In this document: piece by piece, positions 40,206 to 52,500 of the stretch
How the letters are laid out: the number at the start of each line of letters is the position of its first letter
Position numbering within the stretch: the stretch's first letter is position 1
From: Lama glama
Taxonomy: Eukaryota
Direction: 5' to 3'
DNA length: 64,000 nucleotides
Assembly (NCBI GenBank): GCA_028534125.1
Contig: CM052817.1
Location: forward strand, 15,874,001 to 15,938,000
Program-made: the position numbers and the translations under genes
Notes under the pieces: model-generated
Seen by the model: the letters and a program-made list of their open reading frames with translations, nothing else
Told to the model about the DNA's origin: nothing
Database searches by the model: none

Positions 40206-43057
40206 AATGGAAAGGAAATCAATTTAACAAATCATCTTTAGCCTGATTTCCACATCTGTATAAAGGAGGGATCAAATCAGATAAATTCTAAGTTGTTTTC
40301 ATCAGAACCCATCACATATTTATTCATTCATTCACTCCCATGTGTATTATGTGTCTACAACCATCTGGGCATGATTCTAGATCGTGAGGGTACAACAGCA
40401 GAGGGAGAAAAGACCCTGCCCTTGTGCCCTTTGCAGTCTGATGGGAGAGAGGGAACGTTGTGGGGCAGTGATAAATGTCATAGAGAAAAAAACAAAACAA
40501 AACAAAAATGACTAAAAGAGCACTCTTTTAGACAGACATACACATAACAAAAAGGACACCTATTTAGAGATGACATTTATAGTTGCATTAATCAAATTCT
40601 ATGTGTACAAGAAAGAATCAGCACCTTCTGGTCTTTAGAGAATGTGGATTGCCAATATGGGGGGAATATGGAATGATGACAAAAGGAGAGAGGGACGTTG
40701 AGTTTAGGTTGATTACACTGTCCATTCAGGGTCTCAAAATTGTAGTAGTTTTGCAATTGATGTATTTGGTTGCTGGCAACCCATTCCTGGGTGTGCATTT
40801 AAATAAAGACACTGCAAATAAGAGAAGTAAAGAGCCGTGAAACAACTTTCTATAGTTTAAGAAACAGTTATCTTATGGAGGAATGGAGAGTTATACTTGT
40901 TGAATTACATGTGAAAAGCACAAAGGATTTAAGTTCATTCGATTCAAATTTAAATTAAGTTCCAAGTATTGGATTATTTTAACAACAATCATCATTCTGC
41001 TTCCTTTTCATTTTACCTACTGATCATTTTTACTGTACAGAAGATTGTAGTTACAATAAAAATAGAAGCATTTTTATAGGAGGAAAAAATATATAGAATC
41101 TGAAATCCTTATGAAATTTTCATAAAACCCCAGTAAGATAAACTTGTAAATTAGTGTATGGAGATTTAAAACAGCTGAGAACTTGACTTCAGACCAACCA
41201 CATATTTATAGCAAAAAGAGATATGAACCCAGGGGCCTAAACATAGTTTTCAAGTTTATAACTCAGAATTCTCTTTCCCTTGTTTAAAATTCTGCTTTGC
41301 TTTAAGTAAATGTATCTGTATCAGCTGTAATCTACTCTGACAATTCATTTAACCTTAATGGGATCAATTTTGCTCAAGTGCAGTGCAGTTTTCAAATAAA
41401 TGGTCTTATGTGGATATCAGTACCTATGTTTGTGAATGTGACTCATTGCCCTTTCTATAAAAAAATAGAAATACAGAAATATAAATTATTTTTTCTTATA
41501 GAAATACGTTTTCTAATAGAAAATATAGCTAATGGAAAATAGGTAATAGAAAATATAGTTTTTGTACTTGCAATATTTATAGTAAAATTACTTCTAAAAA
41601 GTGCTTAAATTTATAAAATGGAATTGTCTTTAGAAGAGACTCACGCATAAAATAAAAGTAGATTAACAGACAGATTAAAAGTAAAATAGATTAATAGATT
41701 TAATATGCCCTTCCCACCAAGGGAGGCTAGAAAAATGTTAGTAGAGATACACCCAAACAGAATCCTAGCTGCCTTAATTTCTTGAAGACTATGTTTGTTA
41801 GTATGCTTTATACCCAAAGGGTTTATTAATATTGACAGAAGGAGCAGAATTTGGAACATATCCTAGAACTCCAGTATGCAAATAAATGACTTTAGCTAGT
41901 ACCCTTCACTTAGGAAAAAAATTTTAAAAATGAAGCCTTTATCACTCTGTGTTCCATTCTGCTCCAAGCACAAGGTTCGCGGCATTGGAGGGGATCCCCC
42001 CGCCCTTACTATCTCATCAGGGAATGAATGCAAATGTGACTGCACTGATTGAGGGTAGGCATGGCTCACCATATGGCCTTCTTCAGCGGAGTCAACCTGA
42101 GGAGGGGCTCTTTGCTGACAGAGAACGAAGCCGGGAACAGAGTGAACACCTGGTCGGATAAAAATCCATCAGGATATTTGAGTCGGCTGCCCAGCATCCA
42201 AATTATTTGCAGGCATCAAGTCCAAGGTAAAATGAAATGTGCCCTTCTTGCATATTTCAGTAATGATGCTGGTGTTTGAATGTGTTCAACATACCCCTGA
42301 ATGGAAAAACCTTTTCCACTGGCCGGTAGGATTATTAACTCCACAGACGGCGGTGATAAGACACGGGGCAGTTTAAGAGATTAGACATTGAGAATCCTCC
42401 CAGTTTCCTCAGTAGGGGTAAACCAGCCCAGCATGGCTTTGGGGAAAATCACCCTCCGTTGCTTCATCCTGGCTGTTTGGTGATGCCCGCTGCCCTGTGA
42501 AGCCCTCGGGTGGCTGGGAGGTGTTGGACTCTCCTATGCAGGTAGGAGAAGAGTGTATGTGACAGGTCAGTCTTTCTCCTTCTTTGCTCTCCGGTCAGCA
42601 CTTCTTTGTCCTTCTCCTTTATAGAGCAGAACTTCTGTATCAGCCAGGAAGGTGACGGCAGCGGAAGATTTCAAATCGTTGGATGCACAAGTTAAAAAGC
42701 TACTTATCAGTAAGTGCACCGGGCCATGGTAAGCTCAGCGAGCTCCTGTAATGAGTGCCCAAGAGCAGAGGGGAAACCTTGAGTCTGTAAAAAAGCAACT
42801 CAGCCTATAAGCTTGGTCAGCCTGGGCACACGCTCAAAATGGCGATTTCAAGGCCAGACTAATGAGCTAATAAATTATAGTCACTTCACACGCAACGTGG
42901 TATGATTTTTCCTGCTGAGTTGAATCAGGTAGCAATCTAGGCTAACCTTTAAAAACTGATTTGAAATCTCCCAATAAGGTGGCCTGATAGATTCAGCCTC
43001 TATTTTAGATATTGGAAGCCTAACTTCTCATCCTTTTGTGTCAGAAATAGCTCTAGA

Positions 43058-43273
43058 GCAGTAGCGATTCTGTCCCCCGGGGGACAGTCGGCAACGTCGG
43101 GAGACACTTTTACTTGTGACTACGTGGTGGCAGGGGATGCTTTTGGCATCCAGTAAATAGAGATCAGGGATGCTGATAAGCCTCCCACAGTGCACGTGAC
43201 AGCATCCTTCCCCCCGTGAAAAGAATTACACAGCCTAAAACGTCAATAGTACTAAGGCATTGTGAAGAAATCC
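43058..43273 (+). mobile_element. MER20 hAT-Charlie element
   Basis: ggggacagtcggcaacgtcgggagacac...ggcatccagtaaatagagatcagggatgctg...aagaattacacagcctaaaacgtcaatagt. Confidence 0.85.
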
Positions 43274-46200
43274 TTCTCTGGAGCATACAAAAAACAGGTA
43301 AACCACAGCTAGTTTGAGCCAAAAGATGAACTGGCAAAATCGGCTCCTAATTTGAAAGGCAGAAATGAGCAAAACCTGTAAGTCCACTTGAGTTCCACTG
43401 GGCAGGCCTTGGTCAAATGAATCCTCTACGAAGTCCTGTTGGGCACAATGCACTTGTCCTATGAAAATGACCAAATGGAAAAAGGAGTAAAATCATCCTG
43501 ATTTCCAGCAGAGAGCACCATCACCTTGACCTGTGCTGTGTCCTGCAGGTGGGTAGGATGTAACGAGCCTGCCCAATTAGCTCTATTACTTCCACCTAGG
43601 GTGAAAGTCATCACACTGATTCAGTGCCTAAGGCTTCAAGCGCCTCTTAATCTGCCCCAATTCATAACAAAATTAAGCATCACTAAAGGAAGTCTTCGCA
43701 GTTTCTCTGGGAACCCGATGGACTAGTGGGCTTATAAGCACATGACAGAACAAGGGTAGTTAGATTAACTACCAGCACTGATCACTGAGTGCTCTCACTT
43801 CAAGATATCAAGGAAAGAATCTATGAATAGTTGCTTTAGTTGTTTCTATGTTTTAATTTAGCTAAGTTGACATGTTGGTAGAAAAAGCAAAAAGATGGCT
43901 AAAAGGATGTGTGTATGCAGTTTTTCTAGACAGTTTTATTAAAAAAGAAATCACACGTCTGGGCAGCTAATAATGTCAGGAATGGGGCAATTACACCACT
44001 TTACTGTTTTCATCTCATAACAATACTATTTCTTCAACAAAGATCTGCCATCATAACAGAAGATCTGATGCCAATAACCGTTTGGATTTAATTTCCCTCT
44101 GATCAAAATTCCATCAAACTAAAAAGAAGGGCAGAATCTCCTAACTCAAGGCCCAAGGCATGGCAGTTCCCCTTGTGCAGGATTCCAGGGATGGAGCTAA
44201 AGCGTATGACATGATTTATCCTTATGTTTCTATAGAAACCTGTATGGTACCTGGAAGTTCTTAGCATGCTCAATTGTATCTTCAGGATCTGCTGGAGAGG
44301 CCAACCATCTCCCTTGCTGACCCCCATGTTATCCTTCCTATGGATGGTTGGGACACTGGTAGGTAATTTCAGCATGAATCTAATTTCTAGAGCAACACGT
44401 GACAATCAGGATGGCTGACAAGGACACATGGTCCCCCACCCTCCCATGTCACCTGTTCCTGTGTTATAACCACATGGTACAAGACCTGGCGATCGGGACA
44501 GGCATTGAGTGGCCACATCCTCTGCCCATCCCAAGGATCACAGAGGACTCTCCCACAATCATCCTTCTCCCCACACAGTGACACCAGCCCTAAAGGTGTC
44601 CGAGCGAATACTTTAACTAATACACTGTTTTGAGGGCTGTGGACAAAGAAATGGGTGCAACGATCATGACCAAAAAAGATAATGAGCATTTGCACTGTTA
44701 GATGCCAGTTCCAACTAAATCAAATTCCGTCCCCCCACCCCCAGCCTGTAAGAAAAGTGCTAGGAAAAAAAATTTATCAAACAGTAAATCTGCTGAGAAG
44801 GCCAAATGGATCCATCCTCCACAACTCCTTTACCTTTTTGAAAAACAGCACCAAGAAGAAGTCAGAAGTAGCAAGGGGGCAATTTTCCTTCTAGATAAAA
44901 TATAGTGGGATGGAAAATCTGGAATATCTGTTTGGCAACAATTGTCAAATTCTGTTGTACACTGTGGGTGAAGGCAAAGCGTGACTGAAAGGGACCGAAT
45001 CTAGGTCTGGCACCTAAGCCTGGTATGCTCGGACCATGAGGTCACTTGGCCTAAAACCTTCATTTCAAAGAGGAGGAAACGGAAGCTCAGAGAAGGTGTA
45101 TGATTCATTCAAACGTTTCTCCAGTAAGAGCACCACGAAGCCAAACTTCCAACTTCATCAAGCCACCTCCCCTCACTGCTCCACTGTTTCAGGTCCAGTT
45201 GCTTAGAAGGTCTCTCTAGAGTCCCCCATCTCTGAGTTCAAGGCGGTCGGAGACAATTTTGACAGCTAAAGCAATCAATGCATCCCAGCTTCCAAATCCA
45301 AACTGGGTGGTGGAACTTGGGGCTGGCTCTTCCTAGCCAGGAAGGTATTTGTCCGGCTCTGAGCAATCCCAAATGGCAATACAAGACTCCTATTTGCCCA
45401 GGGCTTCCTGCATGAACTTGGTCCACTGAGAGCGTGGAGCCTGCTGGGCACCTGCACACATAGATTATAGCCTTGCCTGGAGCCCAGGCAGAGGAGGTGA
45501 TCAACACAATTGCCACGAGCCTGTGCCTTTCTCTTCCATGTCCATTGTCTCCTGCTCTTCCCTGAACCCACAGGAAAGCTGCACAGCAAGAAACACTGAA
45601 AAAGGGAGGCCTCTTAAGTTCCAGGGGCTTGAGCCCCTAGCTGCAAATTTCCTTTCATTCAAAAGAACACTCTCCAGCTTTTTTCTCAGCACAACACTTA
45701 GTGTACCCGTGAGGAGGGGAAAGTGTTTCTCACCAGGAATAAGCTGTAAGTTGTATTTGAAAATTGAGATTTCTGAATTGCAATTGGCATCTCTCGCTGC
45801 CTTGCAGATGGGGGCCCTCTGACTGCAAAGTGACATTTTGTGATGGGGATTTGGTGGAAACCCCGTGAAAAACCACAGTCAATCAGTTTCTAAAACACAG
45901 GCTCCAGAAACTGGGACCCAGCTTTAAATCTAGACGATCTTTTATGATTGTCCATCAGAGGAAAATAGCAAGAAACGTTCATTTTTCAAATTATTCTCCC
46001 TCGCCAGTCTCTCTTATTGCTATTACCATGAGCAATATCATTCTTTACCCACTGCGGGAACCTTCTGTCAGCAAAATACCATTGAAAATCTTTACTTTCA
46101 AATCCATTCACTCCTGGCAACAGACAGTCCTGGGTGAACTTTGGGAGTGCCCAGCTCAGTAAACAAGTGACCTTTGGTTGATCGAATCTTCTTGCCTCTT

Positions 46201-46734
46201 TCATCCACATATGATTTATATTACATGTGTATTTATGTAATGGCTTTGTCTTCTAGCACCTGTAAGCCTTCGTAATCATTATTTAAGCCTCACAGTCCAT
46301 TTGAAATAAGAGATACCTTCCCTTTGTCGAGGTGGAGAAACTCTGAAAGGATTCCGGGTCCACGTGGAGGCAGTCTTGACTCAAGCCCTAGAGAGAGATC
46401 AATACATTTCCCAAGCCTCTCCAGGCAGCTTAACTGTCCATAAATGTGTGGCCATAATATTAAGTCCCTACTAACCACATAATTGCATTTATGAACCCTG
46501 GCAGTCCTATATTCACTCCCGGGTGCTCTTGGAAAGTTGGCCAAAGGGATGGAAAATGAGGCTGTTGGAGCATGGCTAGAGTGAGGCAGGGCAATCCCGG
46601 GAGAAAATATTGAAGTTTTTGATGCCTTAATCTTCCTAAAACAAATATCCCTTGTAACTCGGTCCAGCAGATGTGAAGAAGCCATCAGGGGGAGGTAGAG
46701 CTGGAGGCCAGGGGGCCGGTTAGGATGTCTTTAT

Positions 46735-46970
46735 AGGGTGAATCTAGAAAGCACAGTGTCTAAGGGCACAAGTTTTGGCGTCAGTCGGTTATGGATTGGA
46801 ATGTTGGTTTTGTTTCTTGCCAGATGTGTGGGCGGTTTATTTCCCTCTTGAAGACTCAGTTTTCTCCTCTGTAAAATGGAACTAATAAAAATCCCCCGTT
46901 GTGCTGTGGAGATTCTTTAAGATAAATGTAAATCACTAAGCACAATATTCAGTGCAAAAAATGTTCCATT
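46735..46970 (+). mobile_element. MIR SINE
   Basis: gactcagttttctcctctgtaaaatggaactaataaaa...gctgtggagatt...atgtaaatcactaagcac. Confidence 0.75.
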
Positions 46971-46984
46971 ATAATCACAAAAAA

Positions 46985-47180
46985 ACTAAAATAATGCTTA
47001 CATTGGCCAGGCACCATTCTATTACTTGTTAAATCCTCACAGCAACTCAAGAGGTAGGTGTTGTATTTTGCCTCCATTTTACAGAGAAGGGAAGGAAGGA
47101 CCCAAAGGATTTGCAGTTTAAGTTACGATGCCAGGATTTGAACCCACATGCTCTGTCTCCAGAATCTGTGCTCGTTATTA
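46985..47180 (-). mobile_element. MIR SINE
   Basis: gccaggcacc...aatcctcacagcaactcaagaggtaggtg...ccattttacagag...gccaggatttgaaccc. Confidence 0.8.
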
Positions 47181-47199
47181 CTCTTCTAACAACAGCAAC

Positions 47200-47720
47200 T
47201 AGTCCTGATTACTAAGGCCAGTTGGGATGGAGACAGACTGAAGATATATAAGGACTGGATGCCTGGAAGGATGTAGGGATGACAAGAGAAGGGATGACCC
47301 AGACTGGCTCCCTGGGGTTTTGACTTAAGCAATGGTCAGTGGTATCACTCAGACTGCTGGGGAATACAGAAAGAGAAGCATACTTGGGACACGTTGAGCA
47401 AGTCTGGTGTATCTGTAGAATATTCAGGTATTAAGGGCTAACAGGCAGGTGTATACACAGATCTGGGGCTCAAGACAGAAATTAGAGTGGGTCTTATAAA
47501 TTTGGGAGTCATCAGAAAATACTTGGGAACCGGAGTCTCATGAGTGGATGAGATCATACACACGGTGCATGGAGTGAAAAGGGAAGATAACTAAAGAGGA
47601 TGCCCTATAGGGGGCATCAACATTTAAGGGTTCAGGAAAGGTCCTTAAAGAGAGCAAGAGGGAGTGAGTGGAGGAGAAACGTGCTTGATGAAAGCCAAGA
47701 GGGAAGAGAGTTTCAACAGT
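47200..47720 (-). mobile_element. L2 internal fragment
   Basis: gatctggggctcaagacag...ataaatttgggagtcatcag...gagtggatgagatcat...caacatttaagg...gaaagccaagagggaagagagtttcaa. Confidence 0.8.
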
Positions 47721-49070
47721 CTTTCTCATTTAAAACCGTATTTTTTAATTAAGGAAAATATTTTATCTTGCTCCACCTGTCTCTTTAGGATACACTCCCC
47801 AACCAAATACAAGGAATTTAGATGACAGTGGAGATGGGTTAGTGCCATGCGAGCCCATTTCCTGGGGAAATAAAAGAATTCACATCACAGGCTAAGGATA
47901 GATCGGCTGGTCCATCTTTCTCTCCATCTCTGACTGTTAAGGACTATTCTGCTCTTCATCTCGAAGACTACCACCTCCACGAAGCTCTTTCGTGCACTCT
48001 AGTTGGAATTTAAACCACATTCCCTTGTAGTTCTAGAGAATTCCAGTCATATCTATACCACATCATTATTTCTTTTTGGTCTAAAAATATCACAGTTGTT
48101 TGTGTAACAGTTCAATCACTTGCTCAATCAAGAATTCATCGATGGCAGGACCACATCTTATCCTTTCTGTGTCACCAGTGCTTGGTGTGATGTCTGGCAT
48201 CAAGGGGATGAGAAATAAGTGCTTGTGAGCTACAAATAAATTTAAATCTTTAGGGAAAGCCTAAGAGGGACATTCAAGTCAGTCTCCACCTTTCTTCTGG
48301 CGAGACATTTATTGGCTGTACCTCAGTGCAGAAATACAGCACCAAGTTACTACATCTGTAAAATTAATAAAATAGAGCAAATGGGAATTAAATGAGATTA
48401 TAAATGGAAGATGCTTATAACAAGCAAGCAGCTGATACTCATTAGCTATGAAGTGAGAGCTTCTCAGCTGGATGACCGGCCGAGCCCCTCTGTGGAGGGT
48501 TGTAGAAATCCCTTGCTCTGTCTAGACTTCCCGTGGGCCCCTTGTAGACCCAGGGGTCCTGGTTCCCAGCCCATTCCTTTAACTCCTGTCCCGTAGGATT
48601 TATAGCCCGACTGTGACAACTAATTTTGGAACTGTAATGCCTCCTGTCATATTCCGTAAATTTGGCATAAATAAATCACAAAATACCCTTTTTATATCGC
48701 TTTTTATCTTGCCACGCTTCTTGTTTCTTTTGGAAACAGTTTTTATGGCAAATACACAGTGTAAATCCACCCGGCAATAAAGCATGCCAAACAAGCGTGT
48801 AGAACAGGCACCTGAGAGGAAATTACCCGCCATTCGCAGTGCTCCACACAATTACCAGCAGGATGTTCTGGAGTGGGCCTGCTCACGGCGCCGCGCTGCC
48901 TTCCTCACGCACGATCTACACAGCCCCAGTGTAAACAACGCCGTCGCACAGCAGGAAGGGGACCCACTGGTCCACGTCTTCGTGCAGCCTCCTCCTGCAG
49001 CAACGGGAAGTCTTGACTTTGCATGATATCTCCCTCACCTGTTTCCCTGAAGAGGTTCTTTCTTCTACAG

Positions 49071-49275
49071 CAGCGGCATTCAAAGCACTTTCTGCAGTGA
49101 CGGTAATGTTCTGTACCGATACGCTCGCTACCCAGTATAGTAGCCACTAGCCCCATGTGGCTACTGGACACTTGGCATGGGGGTAGTGAGACAGGAACTA
49201 GAGTTTCCCATTTACATATAATCCGTGTAACGTGAATAGCCACAACGAGGCCAGCAGCTACCATAGGACGGCACA
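49071..49275 (+). mobile_element. MER3 hAT-Charlie element
   Basis: actttctgcagtgacggtaatgttctg...gtagccactagccccatgtggctactg...aatagccac...gctaccataggac. Confidence 0.8.
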
Positions 49276-49344
49276 AACAAGATCGTTTGACGTACCTTCC
49301 ATCTCACATCCCTCGTTCCACCTTTCAACTTCAAATGCCAGGAA

Positions 49345-49545
49345 TCACAGTAAGTACTACTGAGTACTTTCTCCGGTGTCCTCTCTGCTTTCATTCTAAT
49401 GGTGACCCTAGGGGGTAGTTATTATGATCTCCATCGTTCAAATGAGGCCCCTGAAGTTTAGAGAGTTTAAGTGACAAGTCTGAAGTCTCTCAACTAACGC
49501 GTGACAGGATAGAGATCTGAACCCAGGCCTGTCTGTCAAAGCGTC
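49345..49545 (-). mobile_element. MIR SINE
   Basis: aatgaggcccctgaagtttagagagtttaagtgac...gatctgaacccaggcctgtctg. Confidence 0.7.
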
Positions 49546-52500
49546 GCTGCTCCCAGGGTGGTGTTTAGACCACGCAATCTGGTTTAAGGTTATCATAGCT
49601 GAATCATTAGGGCAGCCTTTGTATGACTTTGTTAGCTTTGCAGTTGCCTAGCTCTGCAAAGCTCTCTATCCAGGCATGGAGAGAGCTAGCGTCTCAACAC
49701 GACTTACCGCCCACCGGCTGTTGGTGTGAGGCCACGCACATCTGGACACATCTCTTCGTGTGTCTCCAGGCTTGTCGCTGCCTCCTGGGTTTGTTGGGAG
49801 CACGTGGGAGATCCACTTGAGAATCTACTGAAGGGTAGAAGTGCTGCTTGGGTGTAAGGTCTCTTGACTGAAGGAGATTCTGATGAATCCTACCACACCC
49901 TGTTTATTTCCTGCCTAAGTTGCCACTAAATCCACGTGCAATATCACCACCCACATGGATATGTACCGAGCACCCCTAAAAGCTTACACTCTGTGCAGCC
50001 AAATTAAAGGACTGCATCCCGTGGCCTTTTGGTTACACCAAATGAAAGCAATGCCGATCCACAGCAGAAAACCCACCCACCGTGCACCGATTATTAACAT
50101 GTTAATTTCTACGTCCCAGCTTTTGAAAATGATTCTGGGAACTACTTATTGAATTTTTAATTTGCAGATTATCGACCAAATTGGCTGCAATGGCTCTGAG
50201 CGATGGGACCCACATGTCGGCCGGGCAGGTAAAGTGATGCATGCAGACAACCATGGTTCAAGTTCTGATGAGATGAGTCTGCCCACCCAGGGCTCCTTAT
50301 TGGCGCTGGAGAGCTTCAGGTTCAAGGGAAATAATAATTTATTTCCCATATGTGTGTACAAGGAGGGGAGGAGATACAAGAATTCTTTCCTAAAGAAGCT
50401 GCTAAAAATCATTCCACAGTCTGAACCCTCAAAGCCTTTACCAAGTTTATCTTTTATTACCTAAAGCCTCCCTCTTTCTTTCCCTTCCTTCCTTCATTCT
50501 CCGCCCCCCACCCACCCCCTTCCGCGCACTGGGAGCATCAGATGGGATAAGGCAGCCCCATCTCTGGTCACAGATCTCCCAGCGGCTAAGGGCCGTGGAC
50601 CCAGGAACAGTACGTGACACAGCAGTGAGCCAAGATCTGCATGTGACAGTGTACAGGGGCCCCCAGCCCAGAGACGGGAGGGATCAAACCGAAGAAGCCT
50701 TCCAGGAGAAAACAGATTAAAGGGGGAGTGGGCGAGAGTCAAATGGGTGAAGGGAGAGGATGTCTCAGGCCGTGGGAACAGCAGAAGAACTGGAGGTGGA
50801 CGTTAGAAGGCCTCTGGCACTGTCCCCACCGGGGCAGCGGGTCCCAGCTCCACCCCGTCTCCGGGGGAGGCAGGAGAGCTCCAGTGGCTGGAAGCGCCCA
50901 CTTCCAAATCAGGCAGGAGGCAGAATGGTCCCTGAAGCCCCAAAGCCCACTTGTTAGCCATGTGTCCTCCAGCAAGTGTCCTAGCCTCTCTAAGCGTCAT
51001 CTCCACATCTGTAAAATGGGAGTCAGGATGGGAATTTTTTTGTGAGCATTAGAGAACAGGTTGAGTATGCCAGGAATGGCTATTTTATTACCATCATCAC
51101 AACCATCATTCTCACTGAACTGGTCACTAGGCGGTCGTCTCCTATTAGATCTCGTGCCTTCCCTTCCTTCCGGTCCCAGCGCTGGTCCCACCACACCCAG
51201 CCAGCCCTCTCAGGTGGCTGGCGACCCCGCCTTCCCCTAGAGGACCCGCAGCACTCCTCTCTCCCACCCATTCTCTATGCCTACTCTCTTGTATACACCA
51301 TCATCCTTTCCTTCTATATACCTAATTACAGTAACTAGATCATAACAGCTTATTCCTAATAATAAATACCTCATCAAAGTAAAAGCTACGGAGAATTTGC
51401 ATTTGCCCAGAACTCTGTAGCTTGCAAAGGGCTTTCACCAAGGGGATATTTGCAGAGATCGGCAGAATAATCCCCTCGGTCAGTAGGGCAAGTATTAAGG
51501 TCCTCGAATTACTGAGGAGAGCGTGTGCCCCAGAGAAGCACAGATGCTACGTGATGTGTCTGAAGCAACCCAGCTGCATCGTGTGGAGCTGATACCAGGA
51601 GAGAGTGTTGATTAAAAGGCTGATATTTCTTGAGTGCTTATTGTGTGTTTTGTTCTGAAAGTGTTATATGTCCAAGTACATTAACCTTCAAATAATCATA
51701 TGAAGCAGGGGCTCCCACTATGTGCTTTATTACTAACAAGGAAACTGAGTCACCAGGCTGTTCAGCAGTTTGCCTGGGCCCTTCGACTGGTGAGCAATGC
51801 AGCTGTGATCCGCAGTGAAGCCCACCCTGCACAGCACAGCCGGAGCCGCTGCACGCTCTGCCTGTCTTGAGGACAGAATTTCTTCTATACTTATTAGGAA
51901 TCCTCCAGTGCTGGGAAGAACACAATGAATACTGAAGAGGCTCAATATGTATTTATTTATTTATATTTAAAACAGTTTACTCTCCTGGAGGAAGAACAAG
52001 TTTCTTGGCACATTGGAAGGCTTTGATTGTTTATTTTCTTCCCAAGTTCCCGTAATGATCACGGCTGCCCACGGATCAGCTTTCTCTCATGTCTCTTGAC
52101 ATGCAGCTCCAGCCCTAGACCTGTGGACATTCCGTTATTTTGTATTTCTTTCGGCCACTGGGTCACCCATGGGACCCACCCACCTTGCTCTCCCAGGCAT
52201 CCGCCGGCTTCGAGAGCAGCCTCTGAGCATAAATCGCACACTCTCAGCAGGAGGCACCTTCAATACCACTAGCTCAAAATAGCCCATTATGTCCCCTAAT
52301 CTTTTCTCCTGGGGTGGGTAAGGACTTTCCTTGCTTCCCTTTTTCTTTTCCCACTGAGATGAGGAAACAGTTCTCCTTAACCTTTTGAAAGCGAACAAAA
52401 GACAGCAAAGCAGTGACACCAGAAATGGATACAGACATGCGAGTTACGGTGACTAGTCTGACTGTTCTATGCGACTGTTCAGTATGTGACAGTCCCACTT

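Noticed and set aside
44103..44700. ORFs suggestive of a retroviral or processed-pseudogene remnant
   Set aside because: No gag/pol/env motif or known protein recognised in the frames examined.
46735..47180. Tail-to-tail inverted MIR pair as an RNA hairpin
   Set aside because: The copies are too diverged to expect stable pairing, and such pairs are common in MIR-dense DNA.
50093..50106. 14-bp palindrome ATTAACATGTTAAT
   Set aside because: Several palindromes of this length are expected by chance, especially in AT-rich DNA.
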